64,000 bases of DNA from Eledone cirrhosa (lineage: Eukaryota): contig OZ024740.1 of NCBI GenBank assembly GCA_964016885.1, forward strand, positions 191,146,001-191,210,000, given 5' to 3'. The notes beneath the pieces are model-generated. The model ran no database searches. It had not been told where the DNA came from and worked only from the letters and a program-made list of their open reading frames with translations. The translations under genes were made by a program, and so were the position numbers. The first letter of the stretch is position 1. Each line of letters opens with the position of its first letter. Shown here piece after piece: positions 26,736 through 40,800 of this stretch.

Positions 26736-27767
26736 GAGAGAGAGAAGAAACATTAGATATAATTAGTAATAAGATGTATCATACCTAAACTGCTTTTAAA
26801 TTCCTCGAATACGTAGTTTCGTGGCATAATCAAAAACAATACATCACAGAGATATATAATGTTTGTGAGGTCTGCCGACTTATCAAGAGGATACCTCATT
26901 AAGCATTTCAAAAACACGTCTGTACGATGCGAGATAGAATCCCAAAAGGCGGAGGGGTAGTCAATCACGTGATACTAATTATATCTAATGTTTCTTCTCT
27001 CTTCATAATGTACTTTATAGCTCTGTTACTGGTTCAGTCTAATCCATTCGGATTGGTTTGTCCCAGTTATTCATAGAGCAACATCGGTTAAGGTTGGCAC
27101 CATTAACTCAAGGATGGATGTGGATATATTCATGTATATGTGTGTGTCCGCATGTATCTGTGTGTTTCTCTATATATTGTTTATAACTCCCTTTGGTCGA
27201 GTAACCCTTGAAGTTCAGTGACTGCTGGAAAGCTACCATTACTCATACTCCTTGCCCCCTTAACCACCTCTTCTACGGCCTCGATATAAATACCCCCTGC
27301 GCCTCCGTGGTATTTTTTTCAGGGTTATAAGAGGCTTAGCTCTGTTTCTTGACCGCTGTATCACGTGATTGACTCCCCCTCCGCCTTTTGGGATTCTATC
27401 TCGCATCGTACAGACGTGTTTTTGAAATTCTTAATGATGTATCCTCTTGATAAGTCGGCAGACCTAACAAAAATGATATATCTCTGTGATGTATTGTTTT
27501 TGATTATGCCACAAAACTACGTTGTCGAGGAATTTAGAAGTAGTTTATGTATGCTACATCTTATTACTAATTATATCTAATGTTTCTTCTCTCTCCATAA
27601 TGTACTTTATAGCTCTGATACTGATTCAGTCTAATCCATTCGGATTGGTTTGTCCCAGTTATTCATAGAGCAACATCGGTTAAGGTTAGCATCATTAACT
27701 CAAGGATGGATGTGGATATATTCATGTATATGTGTGTGTCCGCATGTATCTGTGTGTTTCTCTATAT

Positions 27768-27772
<5 letters not shown>
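26736..27772. mobile_element. Rearranged fold-back HHR element (inverted arm plus duplicated tail)
   Basis: 26736-26974 is the inverse of 27358-27595; 26972-27180 is a direct copy of 27565-27772. Confidence 0.85.
26802..26891 (-). ncRNA. Hammerhead ribozyme, U3-A8 core, long stem II
   Basis: tcctc-TTGATAA-gtcggca...tgccac-GAAA-ctacgtat-TC-gagga; perfect 5-bp stem I; the plus copy at 27442-27531 has GAAA changed to AAAA. Confidence 0.75.
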
Positions 27773-27841
<69 letters not shown>

Positions 27842-27918
27842 TGTATATATATATGTGTGTGTTTGTGTATGTGTGTGCGTGCGTGCGTGTGTGTGCGTAT
27901 GTGTGTGTGTATGTGTGC

Positions 27919-27950
<32 letters not shown>

Positions 27951-28741
27951 TGTGCAGATACTCAGGGTGATTGGGTGTGATGGAGTTTACACTTATGAGA
28001 TATGGTTAAGAGATGGTCACATTTATATAATTGTTTCATTGTATAATATATATTTCAATTACATCGTTATGCAAAAGTTATATCATTGACAGTCACCAAG
28101 TGGAATCATTAGATTATCATACAATTATGAGATGTAGTTGGGCAAGTGTGCAGATTTGTTGCTGAGTATGTTGCGAGCGAACATATGAGATATTGAATCT
28201 TGTTTCTTAGTGGCAGGTGAATATGCCTTTTGATTAGTAGAATGTATACGCCCGGTGAAAAGTGCCTTAATGCCAGTTTTGATACATGTATTATTTCTAG
28301 CTCGACATATTGTTCAAATTCCTGGCCCGCCTACACTTTGATTCAGCCATCTGTTCCGTCCGAGTATCCTCCATTTATTGCCGTTTTTTGTGTCAAAATG
28401 TATGGAACATTAGTAAATAAGTAAAGTGATGTGCACCGAACCAGAAGTGAAATGCACTAGTGGTCGATTACACTAACCACCTAAATCATCTCAAATCACC
28501 TTTACCCATGTGTTATTACTACGTTTTGAGGTTTATGACGTCATGAAGGTTCCAGGAACTGTAGATATTCAGAGGTACAAGGAGAAAACGGGAAGATGTA
28601 AAAATGAGGGAAATGAAGACAGAGAAATGGTAATAGTTAAGGATGATGAAAAAATAAAATTAATAAAGTTAATCATGTTATAGGAGGTCAAACAAATGGG
28701 AATGTATAGTAATTATAATTATGTAAATTATGCTAAATTAA

Positions 28742-28812
28742 TTGTTTCTACTTTAGGCACAAGGCCAGCAATTACCCAGTGCATTACTGGTACTTTATTT
28801 TATCGACCCTGT
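28742..28812 (-). mobile_element. 5'-truncated SINE with 20-bp target-site duplication
   Basis: SINE 3' end flanked by gtaaattatgctaaattaat on both sides. Confidence 0.85.
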
Positions 28813-30239
28813 AAATTATGCTAAATTAATGTAAGCTGATCGTACGGACTAATATGTAAAATTCTAATTAAGCATGACACTATAAACTGAGTGGAAATAT
28901 ATCGAAATTCATTTATAAATAACAGAGTAAATCGAAAGATAATAAACTGAAATTCTAATCAGGTGTAATATACTCAAATGAGATGTGAGATAGGGGAAAT
29001 TTAATCATGCTTAAAGAATAAACTAAGTGGTAACAAATAGAAACACTACATGAATACAGAGTTCGCTGCAAGCAGGTGTGAGTTGTATTTCCAGCGCGTC
29101 TCGTTCAGCGTCCTCCGGGTAAAATTCTTATGTATGTGTCCGTCGGTGCCACGGGGCTGCTAGTACGTGGGCTCGCCATTTGTTTATAATAGTGAGAGAT
29201 GGGAGAGCAGGAGAGACGGAGGCATTTACAGTGGGAGTTGTGTGCCTTTGTGATCGGACCTGGCTTTTATGTATATATTTATTTATCACACCACAATACA
29301 CTAATAGACATATATCTGTGTATGTGTCAAGAATTATTTATATTATAATAAGTCTTCATATATGGAAAATAGGATGAACTGAGACGTAAAATAAGGAAAT
29401 CATGTATTGCAGAGTAAATTGATGTGTAATATATGGAGATTTAATTTATGCATAGCATAGATAATCCTACTGGTAAATATGTAGATACTACTTATGTATA
29501 ATAAACAACAGTAGTAAAGGGCAGAAAAGACAGGATGTGGGAATCAATTATATATGATAGGCATGTTATAGCACATAATTCATAAAATAAAATACACAGT
29601 AATTGAATTAAAATGAAAATTATATTAGTGTTACAATACAGAGCAATGAAATACGGAAATAATTTATAACAGGGAGGTTGGGTAATGAGCGGTGATACAA
29701 TACATACATGTAGTTAGATATAAAATAAAATAGTAAAACTTTGAAAGTGCTAACGGTATTATAAATATAAAAATAAATATATTAAAAATATTAAGAAAAA
29801 TTAAGTTTGGGGTGTATAGCGAATACCACGATGTCTTGATTTTACGTTTAGAAAAAAATAAAATACGTGGTATCTAAGGCGTGTATTATATGACAGTGCA
29901 TTGTAAAAGGTTGAAATATAGGGTGGTACATATATGAATACATGAATATATTAATATATAGTCACATAATTACCCAGATCCGTACATGCGAAACACAGTA
30001 ATTACAAACATACGCAATACACATGCAGAACATTGCGTTTTTATTCACTGAATGTTAGATGAATAAAACACTATAATTACGAAAAATAAATGTATATGAA
30101 TATAAATAGCAATATAATCATCAATGAAAGCACACCTCTGCTGTCATCTGTATGATTAGAAATATACAGATATATATCAGGAAACTGAAAGATATTTGGA
30201 CTAGGTACCCCGAAAACCATATCTACGAGAGTTTCAAAT

Positions 30240-31200
30240 ATAGAGTCTATTTTCTGAGACGTGTATTATCAACTTAAACACCTTACAAATACATTTACCA
30301 TGGTTTCGTTCTTGTGGCATCATTTGTATGACAATGGCCTGTACAATGTGTGTATTATCTAGTGTTGCCTCAGGTGTTAGGTTATCACTCAGCATGATTT
30401 GGGAAAGAAGCATAATTCAAAGAAAGTTTCCAATACTAATAATAACAAATACTGATAGTAATAATGTTGTTGGTGTTACCGCTGCAAAATCTACTAGTAT
30501 AATTAATATTTTCCTGATTATAATTATCATTATACGCATTACAACCATAATTAACATATTCATGGTTTCACCCGTTCCATGCAAGACTCTAAAGAGGGTT
30601 GGGAAACGTTGTCTTTTACATAGAAATTTACATTTATATTTGTATAATTCCTCTTTTTTGTAACGATTTCTTTCCTTGTTTATGATTACATGCTTCAGTT
30701 TCATCTACTTGTGTAGTCTATGTCAAATATATTATTTGTTATCTTGTTGGCTTTTCACTAGTATAGGTAAACGTTACACATTGTCGATTACTATGTTTGC
30801 TTGGAGATAACTTTGTAGAGCGTATTATGTGTTCTATTAATGTTTTGTGGCTTGTATATAACAAAGAAAGTGGGCCAAGGTGATATGCTAATGTTTCCGG
30901 TTTTAATTGTGTTTGAGTAAAGGCTAGGGTATGTCATTTGAGAGTAATCGTTTACTATAAATTCTGTGTGATTTTTGTTATATTGTTTGATGTTAAATAC
31001 TTATCGAATATGCTGACTGATCTGAGCTTTTATATTTGAAGGATTGCATAGAGCATTTGTCTGGTACAGAGTGTATATATACTTCGAGTTGCGCATTTTT
31101 GTGTACGAATGAACTGACCCTCGTTTATTTAATAGACATATTGTATGTGCTTCTTCATATAGTGATTTAGTTTGAAGCCAACGTTGAATAGTGGGTACAT
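30240..31200 (-). pseudogene. Highly decayed PLE linker and GIY-YIG remnant
   Basis: Minus-strand fragments TFTYTSEKPTR..IFD and RYKKRGIIQI*..FY resemble the Penelope-type linker and GIY motif; many stops. Confidence 0.4.
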
Positions 31201-31289
31201 TTCATGAATGTAGTCTTTGACTATTTCTGTATTACACTTTGCTCAGCATTTTGGCCAGTAGGGATAATCATGATTATAGGACCACAGGA

Positions 31290-32390
31290 TACATTGTTGG
31301 AGACGTAGTAATCCGATCTGATGTATTTGATGGTCCTCAGCACTCTACTATCGAAGCAGTCGAACCATTTTGCTAAGGTCTTTTTGAGGGGCCAATTTTC
31401 TAGACCATAGACTAGAACGGAGATGATTAATTCGTTGTAAATATGGAGCTTCGTCTTCTGGGAGATTGAGCAATAGCGTTACAGGAGCTACCATATGGAG
31501 TGCATGACCCCGGTAGCCAGGCCATATCTGCAGTTGATGTCAGAGGTCGGGTGGCCATTGCTCGTGACAGGCGAGTCCAGGTGAATGAAGGAGCTGACAA
31601 ATTCCACGGCATCAAGGCCAATATGAAGCGGAGGTAGATGCAGGCCATTGCCGACATGCATTATATTTTTCTATTCCCGCCTTACCTGAAGGCCAAGTTT
31701 TGCTGATTCCTCCCGGTAAATGGCCAGTAAATCCCTGAGCTGAGTGATCAAGTTGCTGGATAGGGTGGTGTTGTCTGCGCCCTCAAGGTTGGTTTGGTGT
31801 TAATTCCCGAAGAAACCTGCTGAAAAACCTTTGCCAGCAGATAGTCGATGAAAGAGTAAAGGGGTTAGGCGCAGCCACGCAGCCCTGTCTAAATGCGCTG
31901 TTGATGGGAAACCAGTCGAAATCCCTCTCCTTCACCAGCACGCAGATCCTGGCACTACTATAGCGCAATTGAAACAGAGTGGTCATCTTGAGAGTTGTGG
32001 CGATAACCTAGATACTCTTTCAACAAAATGTTCCGTGTGTCCACGCATTAACCCACAGTTACCCGCCTCGTTGCTATACACCATATGCGCTGGTACGGAC
32101 ATGTGTTACGTTTAACACATGATCATACTACCAGGGCCTTACTCTCGCTCGAAGCAGCGACTGCAGGCTGGAAGAAGCCATGCGACAGGCCCTGCACCAG
32201 ACTGCTGGATGTCATCAGGGAAGATCTCCAGGGGCTGGACATCACTTTGGAGGCTGGAAGGGAGCTGGCACGTGAACACCAGTAATGGAGCGCTGTGCTG
32301 GATGTGATCGTCTCTATGCACGATGATGATTCGTGATCACTGGCTTAAGATGAACTCGGCTTCGTTGAGCAAGAGGAGGAAGAAGAAGAC
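31290..32390. mobile_element. RTE-clade LINE fragment with 5' inversion
   Basis: Minus 31290-32010: FRQGCVAAP, EFVSSFIHL, VLVYGLENW; plus 32030-32290: RWYGHVLR..WKKP..RP.TR..DVIREDL, then a GAA-rich tail. Confidence 0.85.
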
Positions 32391-32604
32391 AGGATAATTA
32401 ATGTGTGTATGTAACAGCTGAAATATATAAATATGTGAGTACTTATGTAATTCAGTAGCCCGATATTTCCTTGTGAATATAATATATACTTTAAAACACG
32501 TATATTTACATACTTCCCCTTATAAAACCAAATAGAATGTCAATGCCTGGTTATAAATAATCGTCCTTTTAATATCATTATCCACTCTATTATTTATGTG
32601 TAGA

Positions 32605-32789
32605 GGCGGTGGATTGGCAGTATCAGTAGAGGGTCGGACGCCATGCTTTCCAGCATAGTTACGTCCCTTTACGATCTGTGTTCAAATCCCGCCGAGGTTG
32701 ACTTTGCCTTTCATCCTTACGGGGTCGATAAAATAAAGTACCAGTAATGCACTGGGATAATTGCTTGCCTTGTGCCTAAAGTAGAAACA
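32605..32789 (+). mobile_element. Full-length tRNA-derived SINE (Nin/Deu-like domain)
   Basis: A-box tggcagtatcagtag, B-box gttcaaatccc, core ttgcctttcatccttacggggtcgataaaataaagtaccag; 16-bp TSD attatttatgtgtaga. Confidence 0.92.
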
Positions 32790-34019
32790 ATTATTTATGT
32801 GTAGATCTTGATCCCCATTATAACAAATAATTACAGTTCTAAAATATTATGAGAAACCTGGATTTTCAACTTTTCATAAATCGATATACGACTTGTGTTA
32901 TTTCCATAATCATTTACATTATTGTGTTTACTTCGTTATTCGGTACGTTTTATATTTATTAACACGAATGATTAGTTTTATTGATAATCATATTAGGTTG
33001 ACCATTTTTTAGATTCCGTTTCCTTAATATCCTATATAATTTATATTATGATTGGTATTAATATATTAGTGCTTTTATTTCAGTAGACATTTTTCTGATT
33101 ATCATGTTCTTCAACAATTCTATTACTATGGTAATTTATTTATTCTTGCTATAGAAACAATGCTTATAAATGTCTATTATTATTATTTTTTTTTTTTGTT
33201 CTTCGGTTATCGTTTCGGAACATTCATGTCGATTTTTTAGATTCTGTTGAGTTCGACACACACTTTGAATTATAGGCCTTTTTATACGGCAAGTATTTGG
33301 ACTATACAACGTTATATTGTGTGGGTGTATGTGTGTGTGTCTGTATATGTGTGTGTATGTGTGTGAGTGTGTATGTTTGTGTGTATGCCTGTATATCTAT
33401 GTATCTGTCCATATAAAAAAAATATTTTTTTACAACACTAATAATATTGAGTGCATATTTTTTAAAAAATGCACTACGAATCTTCAAATTATAATATCTT
33501 AACAGTATTCATAGTTTAACGATTTAAAAAATATAGAGCGAGATGCAGGGAACTGAAGTTCTGATTCAATTGTCTAGCTTCATATGCCTGGTGTAGCTCC
33601 AGGCCCATCTCACACAATTTTTGAAAATCATGAAATTGTGTTAAACCTGTTAATTCTAAAAAGTCTTCAAGAAAATGTTCAACTTCACACGGTTAAGCAT
33701 ATAGGAAAACGGAGTAGAAGATACAGCTGGAGACTTTAAGAAGGTTTATTTACAATAATTTATTACGTTAGCGGTTGCACAGGTTTCAAATGTCAAGTGT
33801 GATGGAGAGATTTATGGCTAGCCGACTTGTAACTCGACGGAAAAGGCAGTTGCCAACGGCAGCTACAAGGATCCTCAGAGCAGCTGATGGCAACTTCATT
33901 TTCCGCCTTTTAAATGTCCTCAACCTAATTCATAAGCCAGCTTTATAGTATGTCTTTTCCTGAGCACATCATTATTTATAAATACAAACACACATACACA
34001 CACAAACACACACACAGAC

Positions 34020-34089
<70 letters not shown>

Positions 34090-34209
34090 GTTTACCCCGG
34101 GTTCAGTCGGGATTAACCACTGTAAGTAAAAGCTTTCCTTATGATATCCTCCGAATGAAACATTTGTAGTCCGTTAGAAGCCATATCTATATTAAATATA
34201 TATATATAT

Positions 34210-35130
34210 CCGCATTTTGACTAAAGGAATTAAAGAAATTATTTAGCCTGATTGTAGGGTTAAGAACCCTCAGAGAAATGGAAGAAGTTGAGTATTGACG
34301 TACATGGGAGTGGAACCCACATCTTTGGTTATCCGGCCCACTGTGCTACCATTTACACCAACACATCACCCGTCTTTTTCCATTCAAATTAGAAGCTATA
34401 AACTTAGCGACTGTAATGTCAAGTAAGAATATTTCGAAACAGCGAATGGGTTTGAAATTATTAGAAATGTAAGCTATCGCCGTATCTTGACTAAAAAAAT
34501 TAAAGAAATTATCTAGCCTGATAGTAGGGTTAGGAACCCTCGGATAAATGGAAAAAGATGAGTATTGACGTACATGGGAGTGGAACCCACATCTTTGGTT
34601 ATCCGGACCACTGTGCTAAAATTTATACCAACACATCACCCGTCTTTTTCCATTCAAATTAGAAGCTATAAACTTAGCGACTGTAATGTCAAGTAAGAAT
34701 ATTTTCGAAACAGCGAGTGGGTTTGCCCATTTCTCCGAGGATTATTAACCCTACTATCAGGCTAAATAATTTCTTTAATTTATTTAGTCAAAATACGGCG
34801 ATAGTTTATATTTCTAATAATTTCAAACCAACTCGCCGTTTCGAAAATATTCTTACTTGACATTACAGTCGCTAAGTTTATAACTTCTAATTTGAATGGA
34901 AAAAGACGGGTGATGTGTTGGTGTAAATGGTAGCACAGTGGTCTGGATAACCAAAGATGGGTGTTCGACTCCCATGTACGTCTATACTCATCTTTTACCA
35001 TTCTCTGAGGGTTCTTAACCCTACTATCAGGCTAAATAATTTCTTTAATTTCGTTAGTCAAAATACGGCGATAGCTTACATATATGATAATTTCAAAACC
35101 ACACGCTGTTTCGAAAATATTCTTACTTGA
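34210..35130. repeat. About 270-bp unit in tandem and inverted copies, with a tRNA-like segment and an opposite-strand hammerhead-like fold
   Basis: Units at 34210-34480 and 34480-34725, inverted copies at 34726-35130; (TA)n on both flanks. Confidence 0.85.
34912..34983 (+). other. tRNA-like Pol III promoter cassette inside the repeat (not a functional tRNA call)
   Basis: gatgtgt/gtacgtc acceptor, gtgt/gcac D-stem with tggtag, gttcgactccc B-box; anticodon arm differs among copies. Confidence 0.65.
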
Positions 35131-35131
35131 G

Positions 35132-35162
<31 letters not shown>

Positions 35163-35198
35163 GGTACACACACACACACGCACATATATATATATATA

Positions 35199-35264
<66 letters not shown>

Positions 35265-35267
<3 letters not shown>

Positions 35268-35985
35268 TACATGAATCAAAGTTCTGTTTAAACCATTTAT
35301 TCGCTTACAATTGTTTCTTCCAAACCGATGTTTGGAGTCTTCGGAGCAATTTTTCAATGATTGTTTACATACGTGATCTCCTTTTCAACTCAAGAGACAT
35401 ACAGAAACATATGTATATATTGACGCACAGTGGGTTCACTTCCATTATAATATTTTAGCATGGCAATTTACATTCAAAGATTAAAGTCATATTAAAAGAA
35501 AACAAATTTAAAGTTAAAATACAACATTGCCAGTTTACGAAGAAAATGCAAGAGGAGGTTAGAAGTAGTTAGTTTATGCAATAGTTACACGTGGGGCATG
35601 CACGTGTGTCTTATTTATATAAGATTATAGTGCGGCAGGGTGTTATATGTAATACAAGCACTTTAAGCGGGCAATCAATAGTATTTTGGGGGTTGTATTG
35701 GTAAAGTATTTTTTTATATGTATGATATAGAAGCTTGTGTGTAGAGAAATATTAAAAATTTAAAATTGAGAAGTAAAACAATGTTATGGTTTTCGTATAC
35801 ACCACCATTTTCACAATCCAGGAAACGTAATATATAGATTATATGTCGTTCACATAATCTACAATGATTCAATATTGGATGGTTGATGAATTATGTTAGA
35901 ATATTACAGCTTGTTGTTCTTTAATCCAATGTTATAGAGCAGGTTGTTTTTGTTGCGAGAATTAACCATAAATAGTATCCTTAAT
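35265..35985 (-). mobile_element. PLE 3' UTR and pseudo-LTR (family of 8450-10440)
   Basis: Collinear with 8585-9260. Confidence 0.75.
35301..35349 (-). ncRNA. Hammerhead ribozyme, U4C core variant
   Basis: ttgct-CCGAAGA-ctccaaac atcg gtttggaa-GAAA-caattg-TA-agcga; 7-bp stem II, 5-bp stem I. Confidence 0.75.
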
Positions 35986-36039
35986 ACTATATATATATAC
36001 ATGTATATATATAGATATATAGATATATATATATATACA

Positions 36040-37830
36040 TATTATAAAGCGAGGTTCTTTTACAAAAAAAAATACCGAGGTTTCTTACACGAGTGAGAGT
36101 ATAAGGAAAAAAGATGAAATCGAAAATGCAACTGGAATCTTTTTTCATAAAAATATATATTTATTTGGTTCCTTTACCGGCTTCGCAGTTCTTCTGCTTT
36201 TCAAAAGCAGAATTGACATGGAGGGTTTGTGGTTTTTCTCACATCTGGTTGGTGTTTGAATGTTATTTCTGTTTTATATGGAAACAAGTGGCTCGAAATG
36301 ATAGGTTTTTAGAGAAGTAATTTGGTTGGTTGGTGAATAAGTATAATACATTTCGCCCCAGTTCGCGTTTCAAAGCTATTATTGTATTTCAACCCCCCCC
36401 CCCACAAAAATGGGGGGGGGGGGGGGGGGGGCTCATGTTATTTTTTTCATATATGAGTGAAGTTTGTTTGGTTGATGCAGTCACGTGAATAAGCACATCA
36501 GCTTTCGCGCCAGTTTGTGTTTGAGTTTCTTTTTACTTAAAAAATGTGGGTCACGAAGGCATTTTTTTTATGAATGTCATTTGATTGGCTACAAATGAAA
36601 TTTTGCCTTAAACGTGAACAAGTACATTACATTTCGCACCCGTATTTTGGAATTTTGTGTGTAGCCATTTAGAGAATGTTGTGCCAAACAAAACATAATG
36701 GTCAAGAAAAAGGGATGGAGAAAGTGGTTCTGAGTATGAGTGGTGTGCTGAAATATAATTTGATTGGTTATAAATGAAATTATGACTGTCACGTGAACAA
36801 GTACATTAAATTTCGGGCCCATATTTTGGAATTTGTTTTGTAGTTTTTTTGTAGCCTTTTAGAGAATGTTGTGCCAAACAAAAGATAATGGTCAAGAAAA
36901 ACGGGTTGGGGAGAATTGACTGGTTCAGTGAATATGGCTGAGGTGCTGGGGTGTCAACATTCACACTTTCTATTGAAATAAAGAAAGTAGAGATATGTGT
37001 GTTTATTTGTATGCTGGTCAGTGTGTGTGTGTGTGTGTGTAGGAAGATGTTTCTATTAGTAGAAATGGGGGAGGGAGTGGTGTGTGTGTGTGTGTATATG
37101 GGTGTTATGCGTGTGTGTGTACACAACTCCCTCCCCCATTTATACTAATAATATCATCTACCTACACACACACACACACCAGCACACAAATAAACATACA
37201 TATCTCTACTTTCTTTATTTCAATAGAAAGTCTGAATTCTGACACCCCAGTGAACCAGCCATATTCACTGAACCAGAACAATTCTCCCCATCCCGTTTTT
37301 CTTGACCACTATCTTTTGTTTGGCACAACATTCTCTAAAAGGCTACAAAATAAATTCCAAAATACGAGCGCGAAATTAATGAACTTGTTCACGTGACAGT
37401 CATAATTTCATTTATAACCAATCAAATTACATTTATATAAAAAAGCCTTCGTGAGCCACCTTTTTTTATGTAAAAAGAAATTCAGACACAAACTGGCGCG
37501 AAAGCTGGTGTGCTTATTCACGTGACTGCATCAACCATCAAACTTTACTCATTTATGTAAAAACAACATGACACCCCCTTTTTTTGAAGGCAAATATAAT
37601 AATAACTTTGTAACGTGAACTGGCGCGAAATTTATTATACTTATTCACCAACCACATCACTTATCTATAAACCTAGCATTTGGAGCCACTTTTCCCCATA
37701 TAAAACAGAAGAAACATTCAAACATCAATCAGATGTGGGAAAAACCACAAACCCTCCGTCTCAATTCTACTTTTGAAAAGCAGAAGAACTGCGAAACCGG
37801 TAAAGGAACCAAATAAATATATATAATGAG
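36040..37830. mobile_element. About 1.7-kb non-coding fold-back element with terminal HHRs
   Basis: 36155-36600 is the inverse of 37400-37822; 36760-37100 is the inverse of 37115-37430; left tail 36040-36155 matches 4638-4755. Confidence 0.85.
37770..37805 (+). ncRNA. Minimal hammerhead ribozyme, U3-A8 core
   Basis: ctt-TTGAAAA-gcag aagaa ctgc-GAAA-ccgg-TA-aag; the inverted copy at 36172-36207 has GAAG. Confidence 0.75.
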
Positions 37831-40800
37831 TAATAAAATAAAGATTAAAGATAATAGGTTTCCTCTTAGATAAAGCTTTTCTGAAACAATTCATTAAATC
37901 CATTAATCAACATTGATTTCTCAGTTGATGAACCGTTTGATTTGGACTTGTTTAGAAAATGCCCATCGATCAAAATATGTGCAGAGATATATGGATATAG
38001 TCGACTATTTATAGGCAAATGGTGGGATAATCGCGTTCAATATAATGCACATTCAGCTATATAGGAATATATAATGTTTCTATAAATCACGGCCATAAAT
38101 GGTAATAAGCATTTTCACGTGTGACAACTCAGAACTGTGAGGCCCTTTGGATCGTACTAACGTTCTAGTCTCGCTGGTTAAAGGTGGTGTATCTGGTTAT
38201 CACTCGCGGTGCATCGTCGCTGATGGAGGAAAGTTCAAAAACACAGGATGTGAAAAAGGGGGGAGAGAAAAAGTAAAACAGTGACAAATAAATAAATATG
38301 AGGGAGAGAAGGGGGACTAACAGAAAAAGAGAGATAGAGAGAACATAACATTATTATGTAAATGGTAATTTGTAATGTCCGTTATGTGGATACCGGCGGA
38401 ATTTCAGTTCCGATTGTGAAGTCTAGAGTGGGAATATATACCATAAATTATTCTATCCGACACTCTAACTCTCGTCTAGCAATTGTCACCCCCAGCGATA
38501 TAGTAACTCTATTAAATACTAAAGTGCCCTGTTTCTACATAATTCTTGACTAACAAGAATATTTTACAGTTTAGAATATCTAACGGAATATTAAATTGGC
38601 AAATGTGATATTTGAATGTATTAACTATTCCGCCAAAAATCATGGTTATATATCATATTTAGAATTTGAAAATGTACTTTCACAAAAGTGAAAATATTAG
38701 TTTTTGTTTTAAATAAAGCTATCTTGTTTTGTATAATTTTATTATGTTCTTCATTATACATTGTATTAGCATACTGTTGTTTTAGAATTACTGATTAATG
38801 CAACCGCTTATCCGTACATTATAATCGTATATTCAAGATGTACATTTGTTTCACATATGTTACTATTCATTTGCTTCACAATTGCATAAAGCTGACGTAA
38901 GGAACAGGTAACTGATCCACAATTCCACATGGAGCATATATATATTTATATACAACGTTTAAAATGTTGCTCTCTGAAAAGTTTTGTACAGTGGCTCTCG
39001 TTGCATATATCAGTCCTTAATTCTCATATTTCTCGCTGTCACTTCGTTGGGAAGGCCAATATGAATACATTCAATATTTTAACAAAGTCCAGTTGAGAGG
39101 TATCGGTTCTATAATCGTTTTAGTCTAGCTAAATTTTGGATAAAAAAGTAAATTTATGTACCTCGAATCATATATTATTGGAACATATATCGAATATCTT
39201 TAAATGACATACAACTGTTAACACAAGTACCCTTTTAATATTAAGCTATATGTTGAATAAGAAGTGTTAGATTCAATTTAGTATACTTTATGTTCTCTAC
39301 GCATAGGAAAATTAAGTATATCTATATAAATATTACGCATATATTTGCTGCACCTGTTATTAAGATGTCCATGCTGCACTCAATCTCGCCATTAACCAAA
39401 CTACACTCTATTCAAAAGGCCAGCGCAGGTTTCTGCTTGAATGATGTTATTGTTAATATCCTCATATCTGACTGAAACCATTTCAGTCAATGTCTTGATT
39501 TAACAGTTCCATATAGATGAAGCATTGATGCATGTTCAATAACTGTACAGATGAGAGAAACTAATTCTTCAGCATTAGCATCCCATTTGGTGTACATGCA
39601 TATATTGAAATTAGCCAAGGTTTGTTATAATGTAGAAGGCTCCACAAGAATTTATGACGTGATAAATGTTTCCTGTCTTAAATGATATTCATTACAAAGA
39701 GCGTCAAGCCCAACTGATCTAAATTATGAATGATTGAAATTCGAGTGATTATTTGATTTCTCACACTGCTTTCAGATATATAATTGCTGAAGTGTTGCTT
39801 TGAAAATATCATATTCCAGTGATGCTGATATATAGATAATAGAAAATGCATTTAAATAGAAACTAACAAAGGTTTTTAATTCATACTCATACAACCACTC
39901 CAAATGCGAAGAAAGGAATAATATATACATACTGAACTATGCACCCATTCATACATGAATACATTCATTTGCACACCTACCCATTATTTACTAATTTGAG
40001 TATACTCAGTAACACTAGCCATTTTCTATAAAAAATAAGTTTGCGTCAACATCATATATTTTCCTAGGTCATAATCTTCCCACAAATATCAACTTCGTTT
40101 AAAGCAATTATCTCAAATTATGGCTAATACATCTTGTTGAATTTAGTTTAGGTACTGATAAATAGAAGCACTCTTGTTAGTAAAAGGTATACCGGAGGGA
40201 GCTATTCTTAAATAAATATAACATATGCATGGTAATAGTAATAATATATGTACTAGAGGTATACCGGAGTGCATAAAAATAAACACAATGGTATATTGAG
40301 TGGACTAACTTAATTACCCTATAATTTAAAGCATAGTGATGTTAGAACATGTTTTACGAGACAGTAAATTTACACTCAAATGTTGCATAGAAAACAGAAG
40401 CGCATAAAGGAAAGCTACGCATACGTGTTGTATAATGTTAATGATGGCATGCACATATGAATATTACTACGTACGATTATATGTATATAGGAATAGCATC
40501 CAGTTATATATATGGATTCGCATAATTTGAGCCTCACTTCCATGTATCATCGTTGATGATTAATATAACAGGGAGAATAATGTGGTGGTAGAGTAAGAAT
40601 CAGGAGAGAAATATATAATAGTTTCCTGAATTGTTAATTGCCGACGAGTTTAGAGAATATTTGGAGTCGATTTCTGTCGGTTGTAACATTTGTAATAATT
40701 GTTTCAATGCGCAGAATTGCAGGACGGTCTTTTGGAATGATATATCAGTTCAGATCAACAGGAGTAAGTAGAGAAATAACTGCTGCGGCTGTTGGTTAGC

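Noticed and set aside
34912-34983. Functional tRNA gene
   Set aside because: The anticodon arm is irregular and varies among copies, and it is embedded in a repeat unit
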